64,000 nt of DNA from Candidatus Kaelpia imicola. Its GTDB lineage: Bacteria > Omnitrophota > Gorgyraeia > Kaelpiales > Kaelpiaceae. The notes beneath the pieces were generated by a model that saw nothing but the letters and a program-made list of their open reading frames with translations, did no database searches and was not told the origin of the DNA. Below are positions 49,061-58,621 of the stretch, one piece after another. Every line of letters starts with the position of its first letter. Within the stretch, counting starts at the first letter, position 1. The position numbers were made by a program, and so were the translations under genes. The stretch covers positions 14,865-78,864 of the forward strand of contig JAVCCL010000025.1 in the NCBI GenBank assembly GCA_030765505.1, given 5' to 3'.

Positions 49061-50091
49061 CAGCCAAAGAAAGTAGCTGCAATACTATAAATTTTATCAT
49101 CTACGGTCTTCAGCTTACCCAGCACATCTTTAATCGGTATATCGGATATCTCATTACCTTTTAATACTACAACACGCCCAAACCTACCATCATTAACCAG
49201 CTCAAAAGCTCTGATTCCATATCTTGTACCCAAGATTCTGTCATATGCTGTAGGTGATCCGCCTCTCTGAATGTGACCTAAGACTGTTACTCTAGTCTCA
49301 TAACCTGTCTTCTCCTCCAGCCTATCTGCTACTTGCTGACCTATACCTCCTAACTTAATATGACCAAAAGAATCTAAGTTGTCATCTTGAACCACATCAG
49401 CTCCTCTTTTAAACTTCGCACCTTCAGCAACCACTACAACAGAGAAGTCTTTACCTCTTGAATGGCGCTTCTTTATCAAGGAGCATACCTGATCCATATC
49501 TATCGGCTTCTCGGGTATCAAGATAGCATCGGCGCCTCCAGCAAGACCGGCGTAAAGTGCAATCCAGCCTGCATGTCTGCCCATAACCTCAACAACCATA
49601 ACTCTATTGTGAGATTCGGCTGTAGTATGGAGTTTATCAATACACTCCATCGCAATATTAACAGCTGTATCAAAACCAAAAGTAAAATCTGTACCCGAGA
49701 TATCGTTATCTATCGTCTTTGGAACTCCAATGACGGGAAGTTTAAAATCACGGTATAGTTTTGCAGCTACACCCAGGGTATCTTCACCTCCTATCGGTAT
49801 TAGAGCATCAAACCCAAGAGACTCAAAGTTATCTACCACCTTCTGGATCTCCCCCTCACTCTTATAGGGGTTTGTTCTAGAAGTCCTTAAAATAGTTCCA
49901 CCCCGATGCAAAATCCCTGACACAGAGTCTATATCAAGATTGACAACATCTTTATCCAATAGACCCTTCCATCCATTCTTTATACCTAATATCTTATAGT
50001 TTTCAATTAAGCCTCTTCTTACAATAGCTCTGATTACCGAATTCAAACCGGGACAATCGCCCCCACCGGTTAAAATGCCAATGCTTTTCAT
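49060..50091 (-). CDS. pfkA: 6-phosphofructokinase
   Basis: GGGDCPGLN, GGEDT, PKTIDND, EVMGRHAGW, LGHIQRGG. Confidence 0.95.
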   Translation of the reverse strand: MKSIGILTGGGDCPGLNSVIRAIVRRGLIENYKILGIKNGWKGLLDKDVVNLDIDSVSGILHRGGTILRTSRTNPYKSEGEIQKVVDNFESLGFDALIPIGGEDTLGVAAKLYRDFKLPVIGVPKTIDNDISGTDFTFGFDTAVNIAMECIDKLHTTAESHNRVMVVEVMGRHAGWIALYAGLAGGADAILIPEKPIDMDQVCSLIKKRHSRGKDFSVVVVAEGAKFKRGADVVQDDNLDSFGHIKLGGIGQQVADRLEEKTGYETRVTVLGHIQRGGSPTAYDRILGTRYGIRAFELVNDGRFGRVVVLKGNEISDIPIKDVLGKLKTVDDKIYSIAATFFG

Positions 50092-50110
50092 CTCTCACCC
50101 CTCTCCTTTC

Positions 50111-50707
50111 TTAAAACTCTCTATAAGGAGGAACAACATCCTGAGGTTCCTCCCCCTGCTTGAGCTTCTTTTTTTTATCTTTTTCACCTATTTTGGATAT
50201 AAAGACTTTAACGATAACAGGTTCTTCCATTCCAAGCATCTCCTGAACTTTGCTTCTCAATTCAGACTGTATCTTCTCGGTTACAGAGGGGATATTAATC
50301 TCGGACAACATTGCAGCCTTAAGAGAGATAACCAATCCGCGCTTCCTAACCGTTACCTTGCTGCGCAGATCCCTTACATCGGGGTCATCTCTCATTATCT
50401 TTCTAACATAATCCTCAATAGCAGAGAGAGAGACTAAGACCTCCCCATAATCTGTTTTAAAAGCTATATTCTTCTCTGCAGCCGCACCTGACCATACAAA
50501 GTTAAGCAATGCAATCACAAGTACGATAAGCGCTGTCCCAACAAAACCTGCAAGAAGCTTTAAGGGAATAAGCTGCTCAGATTCGGCTAGAATAAAACTT
50601 AAATCCTGTTGGGAGATAAAATCCAGAGCATAGAGAACCATAAAGACGCCTATTACAAGGTAGAATAATCCGAACATTAAAAGAACAAACTTAGCCCTCA
50701 ATTTCAT
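50111..50707 (-). CDS. amaP: alkaline shock response membrane anchor AmaP-like protein
   Basis: two TM helices, GEV.VSL.AIED, follows Asp23; ATG 50707 has a GGAGG RBS. Confidence 0.8.
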   Translation of the reverse strand: MKLRAKFVLLMFGLFYLVIGVFMVLYALDFISQQDLSFILAESEQLIPLKLLAGFVGTALIVLVIALLNFVWSGAAAEKNIAFKTDYGEVLVSLSAIEDYVRKIMRDDPDVRDLRSKVTVRKRGLVISLKAAMLSEINIPSVTEKIQSELRSKVQEMLGMEEPVIVKVFISKIGEKDKKKKLKQGEEPQDVVPPYREF

Positions 50708-51116
50708 CTTTACCCTCCTTTGACAACTTTTTATCAAATTTTATCTTCTCTATTACTCCGTGGATAGACATATCTTCAACTCTCTCTACTTCAACATTTA
50801 TTCTCTCGGGAATAATACCTATCATCTGATCAAGCATTCTCTTAATGCTGGATTGAACCCCGTTTACAATGTCGGGAATATTAACACCTAAAGCAACAAC
50901 TATTGCTATCGAAACCTTCAACTCTCCATCCTTTGACTCATCAATAGTTACTCCGCGTGAGAACTTTTTGCGGCCCAAAAAAGAGAGCAATCCTTTTTTA
51001 AAACCACTGGCAATCTTCTCTACGCCTTCAACTTCAAGCGCAGCCTTACGCATAATAACAGTTATAACCTCATTATGTATTTTTACATCCCCATTATTAC
51101 CTTTCTTAAACTCCAT
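50691..51116 (-). CDS. Asp23/Gls24 family protein
   Basis: GDVKIHNEVI, AALEVEGV, GVNIPDIV..VQ, INVEV. Confidence 0.9.
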   Translation of the reverse strand: MEFKKGNNGDVKIHNEVITVIMRKAALEVEGVEKIASGFKKGLLSFLGRKKFSRGVTIDESKDGELKVSIAIVVALGVNIPDIVNGVQSSIKRMLDQMIGIIPERINVEVERVEDMSIHGVIEKIKFDKKLSKEGKDEIEG

Positions 51117-51120
51117 AAAC

Positions 51121-52473
51121 CTACCCTTTCTCTTTCTGCAAGAATCTCTCTACGAAATCAGTATAGTAACTACCTTGACAAAATCTCTCATCCTGAACTA
51201 TCTCTCTCAAAAAAGGAGTCGTAGTCTTAAGCGGCCTGATTAAAAGTTCGTCTAGAGCACGTCTCATATTTATTAAAGCTTCATCTCTATTCTGCCCATA
51301 GGCTATAACCTTGGCAATCAAAGAATCGTAAAAAGGCGGAATATTGTAGCCTGAATAGACATGAGTATCAACTCTCAACCCAAACCCTCCGGGGAAATAG
51401 AGTTCTTCTATCTTGCCGGGAGAAGGCAGAAATCCATTGTAAGGATCTTCAGCATTTATCCTGCATTCAATAGCATGACCACTCACTTTAATCTTAGGTT
51501 GCGAAAGCCCAAGCTTCTCACCTGAGGCGCTCTTAATCTGTTCTTTAAGAATGTCAACTCCTGTTACAACTTCAGTAACTGGGTGTTCAACCTGTATTCT
51601 TGTATTCATCTCAAGAAAATAGAACTTATTATTTTCATCAAGCACAAATTCAACCGTTCCGACATTATCATAGCCAATAGTCTTTACAAGCTTTAAAGCT
51701 ACCTCTCCGAGTTTCTTCCTTAGTTTACTATTTACCCTGGGAGACGGGCTCTCTTCAATCAGCTTCTGAAACCTTCTCTGAACCGTACAATCTCTCTCTC
51801 CGAGATGGATTGCGTTGCCGTGCTTATCAGCTAAAATCTGTACCTCAACATGTCTAATATTTGAAACAAATTTCTCGATATATACATCCTTATTACCGAA
51901 GGCCTCCTCAGCCTCTCTCTGAGCAGTAATATAAGCCGACACTAACCTAATATCATTATGGCAGACACGCATCCCCTTACCTCCGCCTCCGGCAACAGCT
52001 TTTATCACCACAGGATAGCCGATACGATTGGCAACGGCAATCGCCTCCTCTTCATTGGTAACAGGACCATCAGACCCCGGTATAACCGGAATATTGGCTC
52101 TCTTCGCAACCTCTCGAGCCCTAAGCTTATCACCCATTAATTGTAGATTTTTAGAACTTGGGCCTATAAAAGAGAGCTTGCAAGATTTACATACTTCGGC
52201 AAAATGATAGTCTTCTGCTAAAAATCCATAACCCGGATGTATTGCCTCAACGTCTGTAATCTCTGCAGCACTTATTATAGCCGGAATATTGAGGTAGCTA
52301 TCCTTAGACGGCGCAGGACCGATACACAGCGCCTCATCGGCAAATTTAACATGGAGGCATTCCTCATCCGCCTTAGAGTAAACAGCAACTGTCTTAATCC
52401 TCAAATCCTTACAGGCGCGTATTACACGCAGTGCTATCTCACCCCTGTTTGCAATTAATATCTTTTCAAACAT
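51121..52473 (-). CDS. accC: acetyl-CoA carboxylase biotin carboxylase
   Basis: KILIANRGEIA, HPGYGFLAE, GGGGKGM, EMNTRIQVEH, RINAED. Confidence 0.97.
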   Translation of the reverse strand: MFEKILIANRGEIALRVIRACKDLRIKTVAVYSKADEECLHVKFADEALCIGPAPSKDSYLNIPAIISAAEITDVEAIHPGYGFLAEDYHFAEVCKSCKLSFIGPSSKNLQLMGDKLRAREVAKRANIPVIPGSDGPVTNEEEAIAVANRIGYPVVIKAVAGGGGKGMRVCHNDIRLVSAYITAQREAEEAFGNKDVYIEKFVSNIRHVEVQILADKHGNAIHLGERDCTVQRRFQKLIEESPSPRVNSKLRKKLGEVALKLVKTIGYDNVGTVEFVLDENNKFYFLEMNTRIQVEHPVTEVVTGVDILKEQIKSASGEKLGLSQPKIKVSGHAIECRINAEDPYNGFLPSPGKIEELYFPGGFGLRVDTHVYSGYNIPPFYDSLIAKVIAYGQNRDEALINMRRALDELLIRPLKTTTPFLREIVQDERFCQGSYYTDFVERFLQKEKG

Positions 52474-52478
52474 ATTTT

Positions 52479-52913
52479 TTATTCAGGTATAATTTTAAAA
52501 AGAGGGTGGCCAAAATCTACCGGATCACCATTCTCAACAAGAACATCTGCAACCCTGCCTCTATATTCAGATTTGATCTCATTCATCAACTTCATAGCTT
52601 CGACAATACATACGGTATCTCCCACCTCTACCTTCTTATTTATATCAGTATAGGGAGCAGCATCCGGAGCAGGGGTCCTGTAAAAAGTTCCGACCATAGG
52701 AGAGTTGATATAATACACACCCTCTTCTGCTCTATCTACCTCCTTAATATACTCCTGAGGTTGAGTTTGAGGAGAGAGAGGCTGAATCTCTCTAACCGGC
52801 TGCTCTTCTTTCTTACGCAGTTTTATACGCTTACCCTCTTCCTCCAATTCGACTTCAACAAGGTCTTCTCTGTTCATAAGCTCAATCATCTCTTTAATCT
52901 TTTTTATATCCAT
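52479..52913 (-). CDS. accB: biotin carboxyl carrier protein
   Basis: SPMVGTFY, EAMKLMNEI. Confidence 0.97.
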   Translation of the reverse strand: MDIKKIKEMIELMNREDLVEVELEEEGKRIKLRKKEEQPVREIQPLSPQTQPQEYIKEVDRAEEGVYYINSPMVGTFYRTPAPDAAPYTDINKKVEVGDTVCIVEAMKLMNEIKSEYRGRVADVLVENGDPVDFGHPLFKIIPE

Positions 52914-52915
52914 AT

Positions 52916-53473
52916 CTATACCCTCTCTATATATCCAGCGGTTCTAGTATCAATTTTTACAACATCGCCTTTATCTATAAAAAGAGGGACCTGTATTGTA
53001 GCGCCGGTCTCAAGCTTTGCCGGCTTTGTCCCTGTCTTGACCGTATCACCCTTAAAACCGGGGTCGGTTTCAATGATCTCCAATTTAACAAACATAGGTA
53101 AAGAGAGGACAACTATCTTACCCTCATACATTGTTGCATTAATATGGGAGCTCTCTTTAAGAAAATCTTTTATCTCTTCAATATCATCCGCTGCTATAGC
53201 AACATCTTCGTAAGTCTCATCGTCCATAAAATGATAACTCTGAGAATCCCTGTAAATATAGTTCATCCGTCTCTCTTCAACGTAAGCATTGTCAACCTTC
53301 TCATCTGTAGAGATAGTACGCTCTATCACCTGCCCATTTGATACATCTTTAAGCCTCACTCTTAAATAGGCTCCGCCTTTACCAGGCTTTGTGTGTGAAA
53401 AATTGACAACAGCAAAAAGTTTCTCTTCTAACTTAATCACCATGCCTCTCTTTATCTGATTCGCAGGAATCAT
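52916..53473 (-). CDS. efp: elongation factor P
   Basis: KPGKGGA, PGFKGDT, KPAKLETG, VPLFI. Confidence 0.97.
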   Translation of the reverse strand: MIPANQIKRGMVIKLEEKLFAVVNFSHTKPGKGGAYLRVRLKDVSNGQVIERTISTDEKVDNAYVEERRMNYIYRDSQSYHFMDDETYEDVAIAADDIEEIKDFLKESSHINATMYEGKIVVLSLPMFVKLEIIETDPGFKGDTVKTGTKPAKLETGATIQVPLFIDKGDVVKIDTRTAGYIERV

Positions 53474-54525
53474 TACAATACCTTAAGCCCTCTCTTTTTA
53501 ACCACAACTACATCTTCTACTCTAACACCGCCAATCCCAGGAAAATATAATCCCGGCTCAACAGTTAAAACCATACTCTCTCTGAATATCTCTTTTGAGC
53601 TCTTATTAAAAAATGGCTTCTCATGTACTTCAATGCCTATCCCATGCCCTAAGCTATGCCTTAGGGCAGACTTAAACCCTCTTCGCTCGATTAACTTCTC
53701 AGCCTTGGCTGCAATCTCCCCCATTTTAACACCTTCAGATAGAGAAGAGAAAATAAAATCTCTCACCTCTTCAATTACCCCGTAAGCCTTTTTAACTATC
53801 TTGGGAATTTTATCCCAAAAGAAGACGTGTGTCAAGTCAGCACAGTACCCCCTAAAGACCGCTCCGCAGTCAATAAGAACAAATCCATCCTTTTTTCTTA
53901 TTTTTTCAGCTCTTGCCTTTGCATGAGGCAGAGCACTTCTTGCCCCGGAAGCAACTATAGAAGGAAAAGCAGAGCCATCGGCTGCTCTCTTTCTAAACTC
54001 AAGCTCAAGCAATCCCTGAACTTCAAGTTCAGTCATCCCGCCCTTAAGGCTCTTACTCAAAGAAGCCAATGAATCTTTCGTTATTTTAACCGCTCTGGAT
54101 ATCTTCTCTATCTCACTCTTATCCTTAATCTCTCTCAATTCAGCTACCGAATCTGAGCCCATAAACTTATGCTTATTGAGATTGTTTTTAAGTTTAATAT
54201 AACTTGAAAGAGGGATACTGTTTTCAAGAGCAATCTTATGGGGCCTCTTTTTTAGTCTTAACATTTTTATCAACTCATCTACAGGAGAGTTCTCTCTTAT
54301 AATCTTTTTAAACCCGGGAGCTTTTATTCTATCGAGCTGCTCTCTATATCTTAAGTCGGATACAATTAGATTATCAGAACCGGATTGGGATATAAAGAGA
54401 GCTGCCTCTATATCTGAATTTAGAAGATAGCGTACATTGTTGCAATCTAATAAAAAAATAGAATCAAATCCGGATAATGAGAGACTATTTCTTAACTTTA
54501 AGATTCTTTTCTGATTTAAAGACAT
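53473..54525 (-). CDS. Xaa-Pro aminopeptidase (M24)
   Basis: IDCGA...YCADLT, HSLGHGIGIEVHE, TVEPGLY, GVRVED. Confidence 0.92.
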   Translation of the reverse strand: MSLNQKRILKLRNSLSLSGFDSIFLLDCNNVRYLLNSDIEAALFISQSGSDNLIVSDLRYREQLDRIKAPGFKKIIRENSPVDELIKMLRLKKRPHKIALENSIPLSSYIKLKNNLNKHKFMGSDSVAELREIKDKSEIEKISRAVKITKDSLASLSKSLKGGMTELEVQGLLELEFRKRAADGSAFPSIVASGARSALPHAKARAEKIRKKDGFVLIDCGAVFRGYCADLTHVFFWDKIPKIVKKAYGVIEEVRDFIFSSLSEGVKMGEIAAKAEKLIERRGFKSALRHSLGHGIGIEVHEKPFFNKSSKEIFRESMVLTVEPGLYFPGIGGVRVEDVVVVKKRGLKVL

Positions 54526-54527
54526 CT

Positions 54528-54968
54528 TTAGGAGAGGTTTAAGATCTTAAGAGCCGCCTCAAGAGCAAGCAGATAACTATTCTTACCAAACCCCGAAATC
54601 TGCCCGCGGCAGACCGGCGCTATAAGCGAGTTGCTTCTAAACTCCTCTCTGGCGTAGATATTTGAAAGGTGAACCTCAATAGCAGGCAGAGCAGATGCCT
54701 CTATTGCATCTCTTATTGCTACAGAGGTATGGGTATAACCTGCGGGGTTTATAATGACCAAGTCAAACTCTTCCCTGGCTTTACCTATCTTTGATACTAT
54801 ATCTCCTTCTGAATCAGACTGAAAGAATTCAATATCCGCATTATTACCCCGGGCAATCTCTTTTAACTCCGAGTTTATCTCATCCAATGTAAAAGTTCCG
54901 TAGATATCAGGCTCTCTCTCGCCCAGCAGGCTCAAATTAGGACCGTGAATAATCAATATCTTAACCAT
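54528..54968 (-). CDS. aroQ: type II 3-dehydroquinate dehydratase
   Basis: [31 protein letters not shown]. Confidence 0.97.
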   Translation of the reverse strand: MVKILIIHGPNLSLLGEREPDIYGTFTLDEINSELKEIARGNNADIEFFQSDSEGDIVSKIGKAREEFDLVIINPAGYTHTSVAIRDAIEASALPAIEVHLSNIYAREEFRSNSLIAPVCRGQISGFGKNSYLLALEAALKILNLS

Positions 54969-55141
54969 TACTCATCCTCATTGTAAGGGAAGGCTTCATC
55001 GATAAGCATTACAGGTATACCGTCTTTTACAGGATAGAGCAGTCTGCAGCTCCTGCATAACAGACCCTTCTCTTCAATAAGCTCTATATCGCCTTTACAT
55101 TTAGGGCAGGCCAAGATATCAAGCAGCTCTTTATTTATCAT
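54968..55141 (-). CDS. Trm112/YcaR family protein (57 aa, not in ORF track)
   Basis: [17 protein letters not shown]...CRSC...[15 protein letters not shown]. Confidence 0.92.
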   Translation of the reverse strand: MINKELLDILACPKCKGDIELIEEKGLLCRSCRLLYPVKDGIPVMLIDEAFPYNEDE

Positions 55142-55568
55142 CCTTACTCTCCGCTTTGTCTTCTATTTTATCTTCTACGATCTCTGATTTGCTATCTTTC
55201 TCTACCTCACCTGAATCCAAATCTTTATCTTTAGGTTCTTCCTCTCCCTCTGCATTCTTCTCTTCCTTATCTTCTTTCTTTTCCTTATCTTTCTCACCTT
55301 GAATCTCCACATAGACCATCTTAAGATAAGAAGATAGCTCATCTATTATCTTCTGCTCATCATCCTTAAGGTTACCCTCTGTCTTCTCTTTAAGCATATC
55401 CAGAGTATCTATTATATAGCGAACCTGCTTGGGGTTTACCTCTTTACGCTTTGTAAGAGGATTCTCTATCTTACCCAGCCCCACCAAGCACTCTAAGCCT
55501 AAACCGTTTATAAAATTAACAAAATTTACTTCCCAAACTTTGTCTTTTATATCTTTATTTTCTTCCAT
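55131..55568 (-). CDS. DUF1844-like protein with acidic tail
   Basis: F..FI..L, LGKIENP, IDTLDMLKEKTEGNL. Confidence 0.85.
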   Translation of the reverse strand: MEENKDIKDKVWEVNFVNFINGLGLECLVGLGKIENPLTKRKEVNPKQVRYIIDTLDMLKEKTEGNLKDDEQKIIDELSSYLKMVYVEIQGEKDKEKKEDKEEKNAEGEEEPKDKDLDSGEVEKDSKSEIVEDKIEDKAESKDDK

Positions 55569-55601
55569 CTTTTATATTTTACACCTTTTTAACTCTTTTT
55601 T

Positions 55602-58196
55602 CTACTCTTTTTCAATCCTGCCTACCCTGATAATAGCCGCTTTCAGAGGGTCGATATAAACCTCTAAGAACTTAACAATATCTTCTTTGCTAACCGCAGC
55701 TATCTTCTCTAAATATTGATCTATCTCACGATAGCCGATTCCTAAAACCTCATACACGGCTGTCCGAAAAGAGATTGAAGAGTTGGTTATTATATCTCTT
55801 AAATAACGGCTCCTTAACATCTCCTTAGCATCTGCTATCTCCTTAACGGCTATATCTCCGCTCCTGATCTCACTTAATATCAAAAGCATCTTCTCTAAAA
55901 CCTGCTCTTCTTTATCCGGTGTTGTTGCAACATAGAAACTCATAATCCCAGGATCAGGGCCTAAGAACAACATCCCGCCTAAAGCATAAGCACCGCCCAG
56001 CTCTCTTCTGATCCTGTTAAAGAAGAGTGAGCCCTGGCCTGTAACCATCATCTGTATCAAATCCATAACATATCTATCATCCGAGGATATCTCCGGAACC
56101 ATAAAACCGATCTCAACCAATACCTCTCTTTGAGGTATAAACTTATCTACTCTCTTCTGCTCACCTGGGTAGAGATCTCTTGTTTTTGAGAACTCCGGCT
56201 CAATCCCTCTCCATTCCCCAAGCTCTTTCCTTAAAACCTTTTTAACGCTATCCTTGCCTATATCACCTGCAACCGATATCACACAGTTAGCAGGAGTAAA
56301 TACCCTATCTTTGAAGTTGTATATATCTTCCATCTCTAGTGACCCTACTGACTCTACTGTTCCATCCGGCATCATCCTGTAAGACTGCTCTTTAAATATA
56401 GCCTCACGCATAATCTTGGATGCCTGATAGAAAAGATCTATCTCAGAGTCTTTTATCTTCCCAATTTGAATATTCTTAATAACCTCTAAATCGTCTTTCT
56501 TAAATTCGGGGTTCTTCAGGAGGTTTGCCGTTAGACTTAATACTTCGGATATCTCCATCTCCGGTGTCTGAATCGAGAATCCAATGCTGTTATTTCCGGA
56601 TACCGGCTTAACGACAGCCCCCAGGTCAAGGAATCTCTGCTCTATCTCAGATGTTATAAGCAGGTTGGGCAGAATTTTAGAGATACCGTTTATATCTTTA
56701 TCCTCAGCCCTTAATCCGCCTTCAAAAATAACTGTAATTGCAGTAAGAGGTGAAACATCGGAGTCAGAGAGAATAACTCTAAGCCCGTTATCGTAATCTA
56801 TCTTCTCAAAACTCCTTTTCTTAAACTTAAGCCTCTCCTGCTGCTCTTTTTCTACTTCAGGGATAAGTTTTACCTCAACTGCTCTCTCTAAGTTTAAGTA
56901 TCTATCAGCTACTCTACTCAGACCTTCCTTATCTATAGATAAAAACCTATTTAGGTATTTTAGGTTGTACTTATAATCCGATGCTAAGCTCTCACTCCTT
57001 GATAAACTCTGCGCAATATCAATAGGTCTCTCCTGCTCTTTTAAGAACTCAAACGAGACTCTCTTTTTAAGACGCCGGATCCTCTCATCATTAAAACCGC
57101 CTCTCTCTATCTCAGAGAGAAACTTTTTAAACTCTCTCTTAAAATCTCCAATATTTTTATCTTCAAGAACCACAAAGAATCCGAATAGACCTTGGGAGTA
57201 AGGCGTATAGCTGACTGTATCTATCGAATAACATATTCCTCTCTCTATAAAACGCTTATAGAGAGGGGCATCTTTACCCCAGCTTAGATATTCAGATAAG
57301 AAATCCAAGCTCTCTAAATCCGAATGAAACATAGATACACCGGGAAAGGATATAAATATATAACTGACCTTACCCGGGTAATGCTCTGTATATTCTAAAG
57401 GATGACTTCTCTCTTCATCAGGAAAAGACTCTTTCCTAATACAGCCGGGTTTAAGTTTAGAGATTAAACCCTTTAAGCGCTTATCAACCTCTTTATAGTC
57501 TAAATCACCTGTAATAGATATGACAGCATTGTTGGGAACATAGTTCTTACTGTGAAACTCTATCAAATCGTCCAGAGTAACTTTTTCTATAAGCTGGGTC
57601 TCACCGATTATCGGATAACCATAGGGATGGTCCCTGTAGGATTTCTTAAAAGCAATCTTAGATATTCGGGATGAGGGATTATCATCTCTAAACTTGGCCT
57701 CTTTTAAAACAACCTCTCTCTCTCTGGAGAAAACCTCCTCAGTTAACTCAGGGCTAAACATAGCAGGGATAAAGATCTCAAGAGTCTTGTTTAGGTTTTC
57801 CTTAGGTACTTCGAAATAATATAGCGTATGATCAAATGTAGTATAGGCATTGGATGACGCCCCATACTCTCTCATCTTATCCTCTAAATCCTTCCTGCCT
57901 TCAAAGACAAGATGTTCTGTAAGATGGGCTAAACCTGAGCCTAAAAACTCAGCCTCATCAGAGCTCCCGGTAGCAAAACATATCGATACCGCAGCTATAT
58001 CAGAGGGAAAATGCTTATAGATGAACTTGAGACCGTTATCATATTCTTTCAAGTTAACACCGCTATAAAAACCATCCATATTCTTCATAACCCACTCCTT
58101 AAAGTGATTTAAGTTATCTTTAAATAACGGGATAGCAGAAAGAAAAAACAGAAGAGATAAAAACCTTATATGTTTTCTGTAAATTCCGGTAAACAC
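55602..58196 (-). CDS. M16 family zinc peptidase (fused two-subunit type)
   Basis: GLAHLTEHLVF, NAYTTFD.TLY; second half lacks HxxEH, IRRELG.AY; start uncertain (58196 or 58088). Confidence 0.9.
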   Translation of the reverse strand: MFTGIYRKHIRFLSLLFFLSAIPLFKDNLNHFKEWVMKNMDGFYSGVNLKEYDNGLKFIYKHFPSDIAAVSICFATGSSDEAEFLGSGLAHLTEHLVFEGRKDLEDKMREYGASSNAYTTFDHTLYYFEVPKENLNKTLEIFIPAMFSPELTEEVFSREREVVLKEAKFRDDNPSSRISKIAFKKSYRDHPYGYPIIGETQLIEKVTLDDLIEFHSKNYVPNNAVISITGDLDYKEVDKRLKGLISKLKPGCIRKESFPDEERSHPLEYTEHYPGKVSYIFISFPGVSMFHSDLESLDFLSEYLSWGKDAPLYKRFIERGICYSIDTVSYTPYSQGLFGFFVVLEDKNIGDFKREFKKFLSEIERGGFNDERIRRLKKRVSFEFLKEQERPIDIAQSLSRSESLASDYKYNLKYLNRFLSIDKEGLSRVADRYLNLERAVEVKLIPEVEKEQQERLKFKKRSFEKIDYDNGLRVILSDSDVSPLTAITVIFEGGLRAEDKDINGISKILPNLLITSEIEQRFLDLGAVVKPVSGNNSIGFSIQTPEMEISEVLSLTANLLKNPEFKKDDLEVIKNIQIGKIKDSEIDLFYQASKIMREAIFKEQSYRMMPDGTVESVGSLEMEDIYNFKDRVFTPANCVISVAGDIGKDSVKKVLRKELGEWRGIEPEFSKTRDLYPGEQKRVDKFIPQREVLVEIGFMVPEISSDDRYVMDLIQMMVTGQGSLFFNRIRRELGGAYALGGMLFLGPDPGIMSFYVATTPDKEEQVLEKMLLILSEIRSGDIAVKEIADAKEMLRSRYLRDIITNSSISFRTAVYEVLGIGYREIDQYLEKIAAVSKEDIVKFLEVYIDPLKAAIIRVGRIEKE

Positions 58197-58217
58197 TTAA
58201 AGTATAGGGAAAGGAGT

Positions 58218-58391
58218 CTATTTACTCCTGCGTTTTTTCTTCATCATCTTTCTGCGCTTGATTTCACTAGGCTTCTCATAATGCCTAATGGCGCGCAGAA
58301 CCTTCATCAGGCCTTCCTGCTCAACCTTTCTTTTAAAACGGCGCAATGCCTGATCCAGGCTCTCGTTTGATCTAACTTCTACCTTTGCCAC
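58218..58391 (-). CDS. rpsU: 30S ribosomal protein bS21 (57 aa, not in ORF track)
   Basis: GTG start; MAKVEVRSNESLDQALRRFKRKV...HYEKPSE. Confidence 0.96.
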   Translation of the reverse strand: MAKVEVRSNESLDQALRRFKRKVEQEGLMKVLRAIRHYEKPSEIKRRKMMKKKRRSK

Positions 58392-58424
58392 TAATTATCA
58401 CATCCTTTCCGTTAAATTTTCTAA

Positions 58425-58453
58425 ATTATAATTATTGTAACCATAAAAGTCAA
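58425..58453 (-). promoter_or_regulatory. sigma70 promoter of rpsU
   Basis: TTGACT-N17-TATAAT. Confidence 0.75.
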
Positions 58454-58454
58454 G

Positions 58455-58480
58455 ATGAAAGGGTTTAAATGAAAGGGTTT
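58455..58480. repeat. 12-bp direct repeat
   Basis: ATGAAAGGGTTT at 58455-58466 and 58469-58480. Confidence 0.8.
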
Positions 58481-58621
58481 TAAGTTTCTGAGATTAAACA
58501 GAGTATCAAAACAAAATCATTATGATATTAAAACCTGCAGAGATTTAATAATAGAAAAACTTTTATTTCAAATGTTCAAAAAAATGACTAAAAACATAAT
58601 CTTTACTTCTAAATCAAAACT

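Noticed and set aside
52431-53213. 260-aa plus-strand ORF, and the many other short antisense ORFs in the track (e.g. 25482-25919, 42774-43205, 50075-50437)
   Set aside because: They lie opposite well-supported conserved genes (efp/accB, hppA and others), with no RBS or recognisable motifs; shadow ORFs.
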